Positions 10,025-20,382 of a DNA stretch of 44,602 bases are shown piece by piece; within the stretch, counting starts at the first letter, position 1, and each line of letters begins with the position of its first letter. This DNA is from Promethearchaeati archaeon (lineage in GTDB: Archaea > Asgardarchaeota > Heimdallarchaeia > JABLTI01). The translations under genes were made by a program, and so were the position numbers. The notes under the pieces are model-generated. The model was not told the DNA's origin and did not search any database. It worked only from the letters and a program-made list of their open reading frames with translations. Location of the stretch: NCBI GenBank assembly GCA_013166835.1, contig JABLTI010000019.1, positions 1-44,602 of the forward strand, written 5' to 3'.

Positions 10025-11098
10025 ATGAAGACAATCGCAATCGTAGGTTTAGGAAAGTGGGGAAAGAATCACGTTAGAAATATTGTTCGACTTCAATCTG
10101 AAGGTTTTTGTGACAAAGTTGTCATTTGTGATGCAGATAAGAAACGTCTTGAGTCTATTGGTAATGTTAACAATATACCCAATGAGAACAGGTATAATGA
10201 CTTAGACGAATTATTGAAAAATGAAGAACTAGCAGGCGCTGTTTTGGCAATCCCTACAGCTATTCATAAGAAAATTGCTTTACAAGTTTTAGAGCATTGT
10301 GATATTTTATGTGAAAAACCATTAGCTCCTACAGTAGAGGATTGTCAAGAAATATCTCAAAAAGCAAAGAAATTGAATAGAATTATACAAGTGGGACATT
10401 TAGAAAGATACAATCCTGTTGTTGTTACTTTGAGAACATTTCTTGAAAAAGAAAGCACAGAAGATAAGATCATGCATATTACAGGGAGAAGAGTTGGTCC
10501 TGGTCCAATGAAATTGGATAGTAAGGATTTGGATCCGAATTATCTTGGCTGCGGTCATGATTTTATGGTTCACGATATAGACGTCGTTAATGGTTTACTT
10601 GGAAAGATACCCAAAAAAGTGACTGCTACAGCATGCTATATTGAGGGATTTCCTTATGAAGTGGAACTTTTTGCTATCTTCGAATATGAAGGCTTTAAAG
10701 GTCAAAATACTAATCCCATTTTATTTGATTGCAGAGCAACTTGGAGAGCTTATCCTAACTTAAAAAGAAGAAAGCTTATTGTCCAAACAACAAAGGATGT
10801 TATGACATTAGACTTTATTTTACAGTCAATAATTAGTGAAAAAGGTTTAGCTCAGCATTCTCTAAGTAATTCTTTCTCTGATTATCTTGGAGCTTACAGA
10901 GCAACTGAAGTAACCAACCACTTTCTTGCTGCAGGTAAAGATCAAGAACCATTATACTTGCAAGACAAAGATTTCCTTTCATGTATTGACACAAGAAAGA
11001 AACCATTAGTTTCAAACAAGGAAGGAACAGACGCAGTGAAATGCATAATAGCAGCTATCGAGGCAGCAAAAACTGGAAAAGCAGTAGAAATTAAGTGA
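10025..11098 (+). CDS. Gfo/Idh/MocA family oxidoreductase
   Basis: IVGLGKWG, CEKPLA, VGHLERYNP, VHDID. Confidence 0.92.
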   Translation: MKTIAIVGLGKWGKNHVRNIVRLQSEGFCDKVVICDADKKRLESIGNVNNIPNENRYNDLDELLKNEELAGAVLAIPTAIHKKIALQVLEHCDILCEKPLAPTVEDCQEISQKAKKLNRIIQVGHLERYNPVVVTLRTFLEKESTEDKIMHITGRRVGPGPMKLDSKDLDPNYLGCGHDFMVHDIDVVNGLLGKIPKKVTATACYIEGFPYEVELFAIFEYEGFKGQNTNPILFDCRATWRAYPNLKRRKLIVQTTKDVMTLDFILQSIISEKGLAQHSLSNSFSDYLGAYRATEVTNHFLAAGKDQEPLYLQDKDFLSCIDTRKKPLVSNKEGTDAVKCIIAAIEAAKTGKAVEIK

Positions 11099-11136
11099 AT
11101 CAAAACATAGATCCACTTAGTTTTCCATTATTTTTT

Positions 11137-13902
11137 TTACTTTAATTTTTGAATTTGTTCTTTAAAGTTCTCTATGGCAGCTGTGAGTTTCTTTGGATTC
11201 TTACCGCTTCCTCTCGCGAATTGAGGTTTTCCTCCACCTGAACCTTCTAGGATCTCAGCTACTTTCTTAATTAAGTCATTACTTGAAGCAACTTTTGCGA
11301 CTTTCTTTCCTGCTCCTACTGTAATATATAATGATTCAGTATCTATTAGTAGAATAAACAGATCATCAATTTCTTTAGTCAAGGTAAATACTAATTGGCT
11401 TTGATAATCAGGATCACCAGTAATCGCTTCTGCTAGAACCTTAAATTTACCAACTTTCTCTATTTTCTTCTCGAGTAAATTCGATTCCAAGATAGCTTTC
11501 TCTTTCTTGAGTTCAAGAATTTCCTTCTTCTGTGTTTTCCATTCATTGAAGAAACGTTTTGCTGTTCCCGGTAATGCCTTTAGTTCAATTCCCCACAAAT
11601 CTAAAGTTTGCTGCACAGTTTTATTTCTTCGTTGAATTTCTTTTATTGCTGTCTCTCCAGTAACATATTCAAGTCTGACAACACCATCTTGAATTCTTTC
11701 AGCACTCAATAGTATGATAGGTCCTACATCACCTGTGCTATTTGCATGTGTTCCTCCACAAGCTTCAATATCAATATCATCAATAGCAACTATTCGAAGA
11801 TACTTCCCAGGAACAACTCCTCCTTGATATATAGTAAAACCATATTGCTTTTCAGCGACATCTCTTAGAAGAGTTTCTTTTGTAATAGGCAGATTGAGAT
11901 AAACAATTTCATTTGCTCGTTTCTCTATTTGTTCCAATTGGGTTCGTGTCAATGAATCATAATGAGTAATATCTAAACGAGCTTTCTCGAGAGTTTTCTC
12001 AGCTCCAGCTTGCCAAATATGAGGTCCGAGTACTTCTCTTGCAGCAGCATTAACGATATGAGTTCCAGTATGATGACTCATTAATATCCTTCTTCGATGA
12101 GGATCAATAGTGCATCGAACTTTAGTTCTTTTAGTTGGCAAAGATTTTTCCAAGATGTGAATAATAATTGGGCCCACTTTTCTTACTTCTTTTATTGCCA
12201 CTCCATCTATTGTTCCCAAGTCATGTAGCTGCCCACCAGAGGTTGGGTAGAAACCTGTTTTCTTTAGAATTACGAAATTATCTTTTTGCCAAAGAATTTC
12301 CCCTTCAAAAGTCATCATTTCATAATCAACAATTGTTTCGGGCAAATCATCTGGCAACTTTATATCAGCTTTTGTTGCTAGTGTTTTGGCTAAACTAGTA
12401 CGTTCATGAATTTCTGCAAGTTTTGCGTAAAAGTCATCAGGTATACGAATCTCTTTACCTAAATCTTTGGCAACTTCCACAACCATTTCCGGGAGAATAC
12501 CATTAGAATCATATAATTTCACAAGTTCTTCAGTTGAAATTGATCTGGAGGTTTTCAATTTCTTCTCGAGTATTTTTGTTCCCTTTTCTTTTGTTGATTT
12601 GTATCGCTTATATTCAATATCAATAACTTTCCTAATGATATCACCATGCTTAGTGTACCCTGGGAATAGATCTTTCAAATCATCCATATGCCAATTGAAA
12701 ATATCAAAGATATCAATATCCCAATCGTTCTCTGCAATAATTGCCCAGGTTCTTCTGAGCAAAAATCTTAGATTATATCCTCCACCGACATTAGAGGGTA
12801 AAGCACCATCAGAGATAGCCCATAAAAGAGAGCGAGTGTGATCAATTATTGAATAGACAGATTTCATAGGTTGAATCTCACGTTTCAAATCATTTGGATC
12901 CATACCAAGTATTTTTGCAACATCAACCCAAACCTTTGCAACATCTGTTTCAGTATAATTTAATACTCCACTATATCGGGCATATTTCTTCCAAAAGTCC
13001 TTGTTAGGTTTAAGGCCAACTTCTTTTAGTACTTTCGGGATAACTGTATCAAAATTCACTTCATATTGTGTTGGAGTTCCATTTATCAACCAAGTTGAGC
13101 GACCGAGTCCGGCACCCATATCGATAACAGTAGTAGATAAATCGGTAAATGACCCATCTGGTTGGATTTCATAGGTCATATAAACTTGATTACCAACTTC
13201 TAAACCTCTAACGAAGAATTCCAATGAACTCCCGAGATTTCCACCTCCGCCCCAAGCATCTTCGTGATAGACTATTTCACTTGGATGTAATCCTAGACCT
13301 GTTGTCAAATAATCATGAATATACTTTATTCCTTCGTCCATAAAGTAGAGAAATTTCTTTGGTTTATTGAAGACTAATTGCCCTACCATTACAAAGGATG
13401 TAAAATGTCTTCCTGACAAACCTACATTGTCCACATCATTAAATCTCAAACAAGGTTGTGGAATTAATACTGGATTTGCAGGTGGATCAACTTCCCCACT
13501 AACAACATGAGGTTGGAAACCATACACTGAAGCTTGAACGAATTCAGCATCATCTCTCCAACGAGCAACTATGGGATACCTTGGAATGACTGTATGAGCG
13601 TGCTTTTCAAAAATCGGAACCCAAGCTTTCAACCAAGTATCAGTATAATTATAGCGTTTACTTGATGGAGGATTATCAATAAAATCATAGGGCAAAAGCC
13701 CCTTCTTCAATCGACATTCTGGCTCATCACAATAATCCCGTTCTTCCATAGTCCAAAATGCCTTTCCACAGAAAGTACAAATTCCTCTACTAAAACCAAG
13801 TTCTCTTAATGATTTAACTGGGTAAAATTTCTCTGGATTTGTTTTAGATTGTTTTGTAATCTGTTTTTTTAGTTGATTAATATCTATTACCAAGGGATTC
13901 AC
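11137..13902 (-). CDS. alaS: Alanyl-tRNA synthetase (archaeal type)
   Basis: RYPIVARWRDD, IDMGAGL, HHTGTH and EACGGTH editing motifs, GSGGG DHHA1 domain. Confidence 0.97.
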   Translation of the reverse strand: MNPLVIDINQLKKQITKQSKTNPEKFYPVKSLRELGFSRGICTFCGKAFWTMEERDYCDEPECRLKKGLLPYDFIDNPPSSKRYNYTDTWLKAWVPIFEKHAHTVIPRYPIVARWRDDAEFVQASVYGFQPHVVSGEVDPPANPVLIPQPCLRFNDVDNVGLSGRHFTSFVMVGQLVFNKPKKFLYFMDEGIKYIHDYLTTGLGLHPSEIVYHEDAWGGGGNLGSSLEFFVRGLEVGNQVYMTYEIQPDGSFTDLSTTVIDMGAGLGRSTWLINGTPTQYEVNFDTVIPKVLKEVGLKPNKDFWKKYARYSGVLNYTETDVAKVWVDVAKILGMDPNDLKREIQPMKSVYSIIDHTRSLLWAISDGALPSNVGGGYNLRFLLRRTWAIIAENDWDIDIFDIFNWHMDDLKDLFPGYTKHGDIIRKVIDIEYKRYKSTKEKGTKILEKKLKTSRSISTEELVKLYDSNGILPEMVVEVAKDLGKEIRIPDDFYAKLAEIHERTSLAKTLATKADIKLPDDLPETIVDYEMMTFEGEILWQKDNFVILKKTGFYPTSGGQLHDLGTIDGVAIKEVRKVGPIIIHILEKSLPTKRTKVRCTIDPHRRRILMSHHTGTHIVNAAAREVLGPHIWQAGAEKTLEKARLDITHYDSLTRTQLEQIEKRANEIVYLNLPITKETLLRDVAEKQYGFTIYQGGVVPGKYLRIVAIDDIDIEACGGTHANSTGDVGPIILLSAERIQDGVVRLEYVTGETAIKEIQRRNKTVQQTLDLWGIELKALPGTAKRFFNEWKTQKKEILELKKEKAILESNLLEKKIEKVGKFKVLAEAITGDPDYQSQLVFTLTKEIDDLFILLIDTESLYITVGAGKKVAKVASSNDLIKKVAEILEGSGGGKPQFARGSGKNPKKLTAAIENFKEQIQKLK

Positions 13903-14074
13903 GCGCTTCTGGATTATTGGATTACTCTTTTCTCTCGAACTAATGTTTTTAATATTTTCTCTTAAACTTTCTGATAAGAAATTAGTAATTAATGCACTTT
14001 AGATGAGCATTTAGTCTCAGCAAAAATAAAATAAAATCCCCGATAAATCGGAGATAAGAAAAATACAAGTAAAA

Positions 14075-14515
14075 CTATGATTTAGCTATTTTTGCTAAAC
14101 CGCCTGCTTTCTTTATTTTTTCTGTTGCAGAAGCAGAGAAAGATTCAGCAATAACTGTCATCTTTTTAGCTTTACCTTTACCTATAACTTTGGTAACACC
14201 CATTTTGGTTGTGTCGATAGTAACATCTTTACCAACTTTCGTTGCATAGCCTTTCTTTACGAACTCATCGATTTTCTCACTTATTTCGCCGATATTTATC
14301 GCTTTTTGTGGTGTAGATGCTCTAGGTGGTCTAACGAAACCTTGACTTCCGAACTTTCGTCCTTCTTTTATGGAACGCATCCATTCATGACGGGTCCCAC
14401 CAGCATTACCAACGCCACCTCTGCTACCAGCTTTCTTGTGACCTTTCTGGATTCCGTACCCATGATGCATGCTTCCTCGTTGTTTTCTTACTTTTCGTTT
14501 AAATCTTTGAACCAT
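14075..14515 (-). CDS. rpl15: 50S ribosomal protein uL15
   Basis: RKQRGS..HGYG, GSRGGVGNAG, EKIKKAGG. Confidence 0.96.
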   Translation of the reverse strand: MVQRFKRKVRKQRGSMHHGYGIQKGHKKAGSRGGVGNAGGTRHEWMRSIKEGRKFGSQGFVRPPRASTPQKAINIGEISEKIDEFVKKGYATKVGKDVTIDTTKMGVTKVIGKGKAKKMTVIAESFSASATEKIKKAGGLAKIAKS

Positions 14516-14531
14516 TATTATCCCTCACATT

Positions 14532-15011
14532 TCACATCATTCTTACAAGAAGATCGTTAATCTTCTCACCTCTGTAACCTAAGTCACCACCTCTGGTGAT
14601 GGGGTTTTTGACACTTTTGAAACCTTTTCTGGGAGGATGTAGTCTAAATATGGGTTTTAGACCATCAATATGACGCATGTCTGCTTTACCATCAAATACT
14701 GCTGTGATAAATGCCGCTTTGCTTTCAAATTTGTGTTCTTTCAAGAATTTAACGTCGATTTTCTTGTTACCTCTGAGGCGACCACGTTTATTAATCAAAT
14801 CTGATAAAGTTGTTTTGTTGATTTCACCCCAGGTAACTACATCTTTTAGTTTTTGTAGCATGCCTTTATGAGTGCCATCATCTGGAACAACAACAGCATG
14901 ATTGGGTCGTGTAAGATTTATCAATTTAAGAGCATGTTTAATATCTTGAGGTTGATCAACTGTACCTCTGATTCTTACAACTGCTAGTAATCCGGTTTGC
15001 TTCTTTGACAC
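14532..15011 (-). CDS. rpl30: 50S ribosomal protein uL30
   Basis: AVVRIRG, VTWGEI, FRLHPPRKG, GDLGYRG. Confidence 0.96.
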   Translation of the reverse strand: MSKKQTGLLAVVRIRGTVDQPQDIKHALKLINLTRPNHAVVVPDDGTHKGMLQKLKDVVTWGEINKTTLSDLINKRGRLRGNKKIDVKFLKEHKFESKAAFITAVFDGKADMRHIDGLKPIFRLHPPRKGFKSVKNPITRGGDLGYRGEKINDLLVRMM

Positions 15012-15031
15012 TTTCTACACATCCTTGGTTT

Positions 15032-15652
15032 CTATCTACCCCAGTCTCTAGGGGTCATTATTTTATAAGTACCCTTTAAAGCTTCAAATGTTGCTTTAGC
15101 AAAGTTTGAAGTTGTTCTAGTTTCTCCTCTTGTCTTTGTCCAGATATCAGTGATACCTGCGAGTTCAAAAACAATTTTTCCAACATTTCCTGCTGCTAAA
15201 CCTAATCCTTTTGGAGCTGGTTTGGCAATCACAACGCAATTTCCAGTTTTACCTCTGGTTTGGAAGGGAATACTATGAGGATCATGACAGGAACATTCCC
15301 AAGAACCACATCCTCTTCTAATTGGGGATAAACGCAATTTAGCATCAGTAATCGCTTTACGAATAGCTGGGCCAATCTCCTTTGTTTTTGCTTCACCAAT
15401 ACCTACAAAACCATTTCGGTTGCCTACAGCAACACAGGCTTTAAATCTTGATTTCTCACCAGCATCGGTTTGTCTTTGGACAAGATTGATGTTAATTACT
15501 TCATCTTCTAGATTTGAAACTAAAGTATCGATAATTTCTTCTTCAGAAATCTTCAGTGATTGCTGGAAGATCTCATCTATAGAGGTAATTTCACCTTTTT
15601 TGACCATTCGACCGAGTTTTGTTTTTGGTTTCCATTCATGTAATTCTGACAT
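15032..15652 (-). CDS. rps5: 30S ribosomal protein uS5
   Basis: WKPKTKLG, RRGCGSWECSC, NFAKATF. Confidence 0.97.
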   Translation of the reverse strand: MSELHEWKPKTKLGRMVKKGEITSIDEIFQQSLKISEEEIIDTLVSNLEDEVININLVQRQTDAGEKSRFKACVAVGNRNGFVGIGEAKTKEIGPAIRKAITDAKLRLSPIRRGCGSWECSCHDPHSIPFQTRGKTGNCVVIAKPAPKGLGLAAGNVGKIVFELAGITDIWTKTRGETRTTSNFAKATFEALKGTYKIMTPRDWGR

Positions 15653-15658
15653 TTTTCA

Positions 15659-16519
15659 TCACTTCTTTGATTTTGTACTTGTGGGTTTTTTGGTAGTGGG
15701 TTTCTTAGCTGTCGAGCTTGTTGTTTTCTTGGTTGTTGTAGTTGGTTTCTTTGCAGTGGATGTGGGTTTCTTAGTAGTGGTAGCTGGTTTCTTTGCAGGA
15801 GTTGTAGTTTTCTTCGGAGTTGTTTTTGGTTTAGTTGTAGTTGGTTTCTTTGCAGGAGCAGTTTTTGCTTTGGCTTTTGAAGCTAGATTCTTTTTGTTTC
15901 TTGTTCCAAGTTTAGCCTTCATCGTACCAGAAGTAGATTCTGCATCAATAGCTTTAATTGCAGCTTTGAAGTATGTCGGTAAATTTTCTGGTTTTGCAGT
16001 TGTTTTCTTATAACCTGAAAATTGCTTGTCGTACTTCGCAGCACTTTTCTTCTTTAGTGCTACAGCATAATCTGCAATGGTCTTTCCAGTATAGCGATCT
16101 TCTGATGGGAAGATAGCCTTATCATGAGGAATTTTTAATCCTGCATGAATAGCACCAGCAAGCATTGCTGAGATTCTAGTGTCTTTTCGACAAGTATTAA
16201 CGCCAATATCAAGAATTGCATCTTTTACTCCTACTGCCTTAGCATATTTACCAGCAAGATAACCTGTTAAATATGCAGAAGGAACATTACCAGTAGCACC
16301 TTTCCAGCCATATTTTTTAAGATGCTGGGAACTAGCATCAACTAGTGTCTCATCACCAATTACTTTGGCTTGTATGATACTTACTCGTTCATGTTTGTTA
16401 GATCTTCTAACAACTAATCGATTCTTTCTTGATCTGAGTAGACGTTTTCGTCTATGGAAATTTGTTTTTCCTTCTCTTCTTCTTCTAAATTGAACGTGAT
16501 AACTTGCACCTTTTGCCAT
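15659..16519 (-). CDS. rpl18: 50S ribosomal protein uL18 with basic low-complexity C-terminal tail
   Basis: FRRRREGKTN, SAYLTG, ILDIG; likely start MAKG. Confidence 0.96.
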   Translation of the reverse strand: MAKGASYHVQFRRRREGKTNFHRRKRLLRSRKNRLVVRRSNKHERVSIIQAKVIGDETLVDASSQHLKKYGWKGATGNVPSAYLTGYLAGKYAKAVGVKDAILDIGVNTCRKDTRISAMLAGAIHAGLKIPHDKAIFPSEDRYTGKTIADYAVALKKKSAAKYDKQFSGYKKTTAKPENLPTYFKAAIKAIDAESTSGTMKAKLGTRNKKNLASKAKAKTAPAKKPTTTKPKTTPKKTTTPAKKPATTTKKPTSTAKKPTTTTKKTTSSTAKKPTTKKPTSTKSKK

Positions 16520-16524
16520 CTCAA

Positions 16525-17049
16525 TCACGTACTCCTTTGGGCCTTCTTCGAGCTAGTAACACGGAGTTCACGCATAACAGCATCAACTTCTGGTAACTTT
16601 CGTTTAGACATTCTGTTATCTTGAATATACATTCGAAGATAATTTGCTGAACGAAACATTCCTCCTTTTGCTCGTAAATAGAGCAAACGATAGGTTGCTT
16701 TATCGATGAAGTTTTTATCTCGTAATACTTTCAGGTAAGCACGTTGCTTCCTTATTCGATTGATCCATTCTCTTCTTAAATCAGTTCGAGCAGCTTTTCG
16801 TCCTTTTCGACTACCGTGCCCTCGTCTTTGTCCTTTAATTCTTTTGATGTGGAGTTCTCGGGCTCTACCTCGACTGATGCCTTGTATTTTTCTAGCTTTA
16901 ATAGCACCACTATGAATTAATGCACGAATATCTCTTCTAGTAAGGGCCATTTGAACTTCATCTGCAGCATCAGGATCAATATAAACCCTATTGACTCCTA
17001 TGCCTAGTATGTCTGCTGCAATGCTTCTTTGTGTTTTCAAATCAGTCAC
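16525..17049 (-). CDS. rpl19e: 50S ribosomal protein eL19
   Basis: TRRDIRALI, GSRKG, LYLRAKGGMF. Confidence 0.96.
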   Translation of the reverse strand: MTDLKTQRSIAADILGIGVNRVYIDPDAADEVQMALTRRDIRALIHSGAIKARKIQGISRGRARELHIKRIKGQRRGHGSRKGRKAARTDLRREWINRIRKQRAYLKVLRDKNFIDKATYRLLYLRAKGGMFRSANYLRMYIQDNRMSKRKLPEVDAVMRELRVTSSKKAQRST

Positions 17050-17062
17050 TTTTCATCATACC

Positions 17063-17851
17063 TCACTTTGATTTTTTAGTGGTAGCCTTTTTTGTTGTGG
17101 TTGATTTTTTACTAGAAGTGGATTTTGTTCCTGAAGATTTAGAACTTGATGTTTTCTTTGTTGTAGTTTTCTTAGGGGCAGCGGTAGATTTCTTTGGTGT
17201 TGCTTTAGTAGCAGGTTTTTTGGTTGTAGATTTCTTTGCGGGTGGTTTCTTTGTGGTAGTGGGTTTTTTAGTAGTGGTAGTTTTCTTTCGAGGAGTTGGT
17301 TTTCCAGCAAGTTCTGCTTCTATTCTATCCAATTCTTCAATCTCCTTTTGAGTTAGGGAACTTTTAGAAGGCTTCTTCTTACGAGGAGCCTTGTCCTTTG
17401 GTTCTTTTTTGTCTTCCTCTTCAAGGAGTAATTCTTCAGAAATTTCTGAAATTGTGGCAAATGTTAATGCTTCTTCTGGACGATTAATGATTTTGATCTC
17501 AAGCTCATCGGCTTTGTTTGTAATTGCTACCTTTTTTCTGGTGCCGACGGTGGAGGCAATCCTGACAACTTGAGTTTCTTTTTCGATTGCATCTAAATCA
17601 TTGGTGTTGTGAATCAAGACTTCAACTTTACCCGTTCTTGTTAGACCACGAGTAGCTTTAGGCCCTCTAAAACCAACTCTGACAATAGTTGGAATGCCAC
17701 GTTTATGATGTCTCATGGAATTATCGATACCAATAGGCTTGCGCCAACCAGTTTTTAATCGTTTATATCGCCAACTTTCTTGTCTTCTGAATTTTGGTCG
17801 AGACTTACGTACCTTTTCTCGTACTCGTAATAATCTTTTGTCAACAGTCAT
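17063..17851 (-). CDS. rpl32e: 50S ribosomal protein eL32 with long C-terminal extension
   Basis: PKFRRQESWRYKRL..WRKPIGIDN. Confidence 0.96.
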   Translation of the reverse strand: MTVDKRLLRVREKVRKSRPKFRRQESWRYKRLKTGWRKPIGIDNSMRHHKRGIPTIVRVGFRGPKATRGLTRTGKVEVLIHNTNDLDAIEKETQVVRIASTVGTRKKVAITNKADELEIKIINRPEEALTFATISEISEELLLEEEDKKEPKDKAPRKKKPSKSSLTQKEIEELDRIEAELAGKPTPRKKTTTTKKPTTTKKPPAKKSTTKKPATKATPKKSTAAPKKTTTKKTSSSKSSGTKSTSSKKSTTTKKATTKKSK

Positions 17852-17863
17852 CTTTTACAACTC

Positions 17864-18424
17864 CTAATCAATACCTACATATTGAGCTGATAACCAAATT
17901 CCATCCATAAATCTTCGAGGATCTTTGTGGAATTTCCCACGAAGTTTACAGACTTCTTGGATGTTAGCTGATGTTTGGCCGACATGTTCTTTATTTATGC
18001 CAGTGATGATAATTTCATCACCCTCAACTTTCACTTTTACATCATTACCTAAAATCTTAGCTTTTCGGGGATCGCGTTGCCCGTAAAGATTTTTGATAAT
18101 GACTTCTTGTGGCTTAATATCTACTGTGATAGGAAAGTGAGAATATACAATAGTTAATTTGTAGGTATACCCTTGAGTTACTCCTGTGATCATATTTCTT
18201 ACATGAGCAGCAATTGTACCTAACATTGCTAATTCTCTTTTTCTTGGAAAAGCTACAGACAATTTCAAGTCACCCTTGATAGCTACCATTTTGACTGGTT
18301 CGCCTGTGAAATCTCTTTCCAAGAGACCCTTAGGTCCTTTAACAGTTACCTTCATGTTTTTGAGTTCTAAGGTAACTCCTTCAGGAGCTTCTACAGTTTT
18401 TTCTGCTAAGACAGCTTTTGGCAT
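17864..18424 (-). CDS. rpl6: 50S ribosomal protein uL6
   Basis: VKGPKG, VYSHFPI, DPRRFMDGI. Confidence 0.97.
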   Translation of the reverse strand: MPKAVLAEKTVEAPEGVTLELKNMKVTVKGPKGLLERDFTGEPVKMVAIKGDLKLSVAFPRKRELAMLGTIAAHVRNMITGVTQGYTYKLTIVYSHFPITVDIKPQEVIIKNLYGQRDPRKAKILGNDVKVKVEGDEIIITGINKEHVGQTSANIQEVCKLRGKFHKDPRRFMDGIWLSAQYVGID

Positions 18425-18444
18425 TTATTTTTTCCCACCATTAT

Positions 18445-18837
18445 TTAGTAGACAAACGCTAGGAGTCTTCCTCCTATGCCCAATGCTTTCGCATCTTCAT
18501 GACTCATCACACCTTTTGGTGTGGAGACAATCAGAATTCCAAGGTCTCGTGCAGGAAGGAATTTTTCTTCCCAAGACTCGAATTCTTTATGCTTAACTGG
18601 AAAGCGTGGTTTTATTACCGCACATTTGTTAATCCTACCTAGCAATTGCACTTTGAAGATACCAGCTCGATCATCATCAATGAATTCAAATTCACCGATG
18701 TACCCTTTAGATATCATCACCTTAATTACAGATGAAATTAGCTTTGATGCTGGTTTCAAGTAAACTTCGCGTTTTCCTAGAACTTCTGCGTTTTGAATGT
18801 TGTTCATTGCGTTTGCTAGTGTGTCTAATAAAGGCAT
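18445..18837 (-). CDS. rps8: 30S ribosomal protein uS8
   Basis: [21 protein letters not shown]. Confidence 0.97.
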   Translation of the reverse strand: MPLLDTLANAMNNIQNAEVLGKREVYLKPASKLISSVIKVMISKGYIGEFEFIDDDRAGIFKVQLLGRINKCAVIKPRFPVKHKEFESWEEKFLPARDLGILIVSTPKGVMSHEDAKALGIGGRLLAFVY

Positions 18838-18871
18838 ATTTTGTCACCTTCTTCCTTTACCAAAGAGGATT

Positions 18872-19054
18872 TTATCCTCCGTGGCCTCCGTATTTTTTGA
18901 AACCGACTGTGGTTGCTACTTCTCTGAAGCAACGTCGACAAAGATTCAACCCGTGTCTTCGAATAAGTCCTTCTCGTGCACCACAACGGGTGCATTGTCG
19001 GGAGCCTTTACCATATTTGACAACTTTTGGTTTTGTACCTGATCCTTTTGCCAT
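18872..19054 (-). CDS. rps14: 30S ribosomal protein uS14 (Zn-binding)
   Basis: [12 protein letters not shown]...[13 protein letters not shown]. Confidence 0.96.
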   Translation of the reverse strand: MAKGSGTKPKVVKYGKGSRQCTRCGAREGLIRRHGLNLCRRCFREVATTVGFKKYGGHGG

Positions 19055-19064
19055 ATTTCTTCAC

Positions 19065-19613
19065 CTATTCTACGGTAATTCCTAATTCGGTTTCAGCGAA
19101 AACAATCGCTTCATCTCTAGATATCCTGTGCTTCCCAGGTATCTTTCTCGGTGATCTGAATCTTCGTTTCACCCGAAAACCTGGACGTTCTAAAGAAAAG
19201 AAGACATCCAGTCCTGTTACTCCAAGATTTGGGTCATATTTTGTTTCTAATATATCGATGTGTTCTCGGATACCAAATCCAAAATTCCCTTCTTTATCGA
19301 AAGCTCTCTTGGAAATTTTGAAATCTCGCATATCAAACAATCTTGGAATTAGTTTCATAATTTTATCTTGATTACGAATTGTTACTTTAGCTCCAATAGG
19401 TTCGTGTTGTCGTATTCCAAATTCTCTAAAGGTTCTTCTAGCCTTTGTTTCAACGGTTTTCATTTCACCTATGGATTCTATGATTTTCTTCACACGTTCA
19501 AGTGCTTCCCCGGATTCTCCTACACTACAATGTATGATTAAAGAAGCAACTTTTGGTTTACGCATTTTATGCTGTTCCCATTCTTTCAGAAAATCTTCTT
19601 TTGTCTTGGTCAT
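19065..19613 (-). CDS. rpl5: 50S ribosomal protein uL5
   Basis: VGESG, FGIR, GNFGFGIREHID, ERPG; likely start MTKTKE. Confidence 0.96.
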   Translation of the reverse strand: MTKTKEDFLKEWEQHKMRKPKVASLIIHCSVGESGEALERVKKIIESIGEMKTVETKARRTFREFGIRQHEPIGAKVTIRNQDKIMKLIPRLFDMRDFKISKRAFDKEGNFGFGIREHIDILETKYDPNLGVTGLDVFFSLERPGFRVKRRFRSPRKIPGKHRISRDEAIVFAETELGITVE

Positions 19614-19615
19614 TT

Positions 19616-20365
19616 TTAGGTATCTCCTTTGGTTGTAGTCCACCAGGGTGATTTTTCACCAAGGACGAAGATATATTCGGGGGTAGTTTGTACTTCTGTT
19701 CCATCATGTGTTGCTAGAGTTACTGTGGAAGCTCTAGGACCAAAACGCCATTGGAATTTCTTTATGGAACCATTTTTTGCTACGTTTTTACCTGCAACAA
19801 TAATCGCAAACATGCCTTCCTTAAATGGAAAGTGATTAACGATTTTTTGTGAAGGAAGATTAATTATTATCGTATCTTTTGTGTTGTATTTGTTATCAAT
19901 GCCTTCTTCTTTTGGTAGACGAATATTCCTACCATCATGAAGATTCAATTGCATGATTCCACCTTTTATTGTGGTTTTACCCATGATTTGACAAGCTTTT
20001 GAGAGTTGAGAGGTTTTCTTCATTTCAAAAGGCATCAATACATGGAGTTCATGGGGAAGGATTCGATAACTTTTGTTTATATCTGCTATCTCGACGACAT
20101 CCATTAATCCAACTGGAAAACTGAGATTGGTTACAATTCTTCCATCAATTTTCACAAGCTTCTTGTTAAGAATAATCTTGAGTTCTCTTGCAGTATTAAC
20201 TATTTTTAGGACATCTCTTAGAAGGATTCCTAATGGAATGCAATTCTCTTTACTATGAGGTCCGGGATCAGCTCTAAATACAAATTTATGCTTCTTACGA
20301 GGCAAGGACCAATTTCTGGGAGAAGCAATTCTCTTTTGATGTTTTGAACCACCAGTTTTTGTCAT
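19616..20365 (-). CDS. rps4e: 30S ribosomal protein eS4
   Basis: HQKRIASP, PGPH, FPVGLMDV, LHDGRN. Confidence 0.97.
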   Translation of the reverse strand: MTKTGGSKHQKRIASPRNWSLPRKKHKFVFRADPGPHSKENCIPLGILLRDVLKIVNTARELKIILNKKLVKIDGRIVTNLSFPVGLMDVVEIADINKSYRILPHELHVLMPFEMKKTSQLSKACQIMGKTTIKGGIMQLNLHDGRNIRLPKEEGIDNKYNTKDTIIINLPSQKIVNHFPFKEGMFAIIVAGKNVAKNGSIKKFQWRFGPRASTVTLATHDGTEVQTTPEYIFVLGEKSPWWTTTKGDT

Positions 20366-20382
20366 ATTTTTTCACATTCCTT

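Noticed and set aside
15420-16013. 197-aa Val/Phe/Gly-rich plus-strand ORF
   Set aside because: Antisense shadow of the low-complexity uL18 tail and uS5
17031-17351. Alternative-frame and antisense ORFs over the eL32 tail
   Set aside because: Arise from stop-poor Lys/Thr codon repeats
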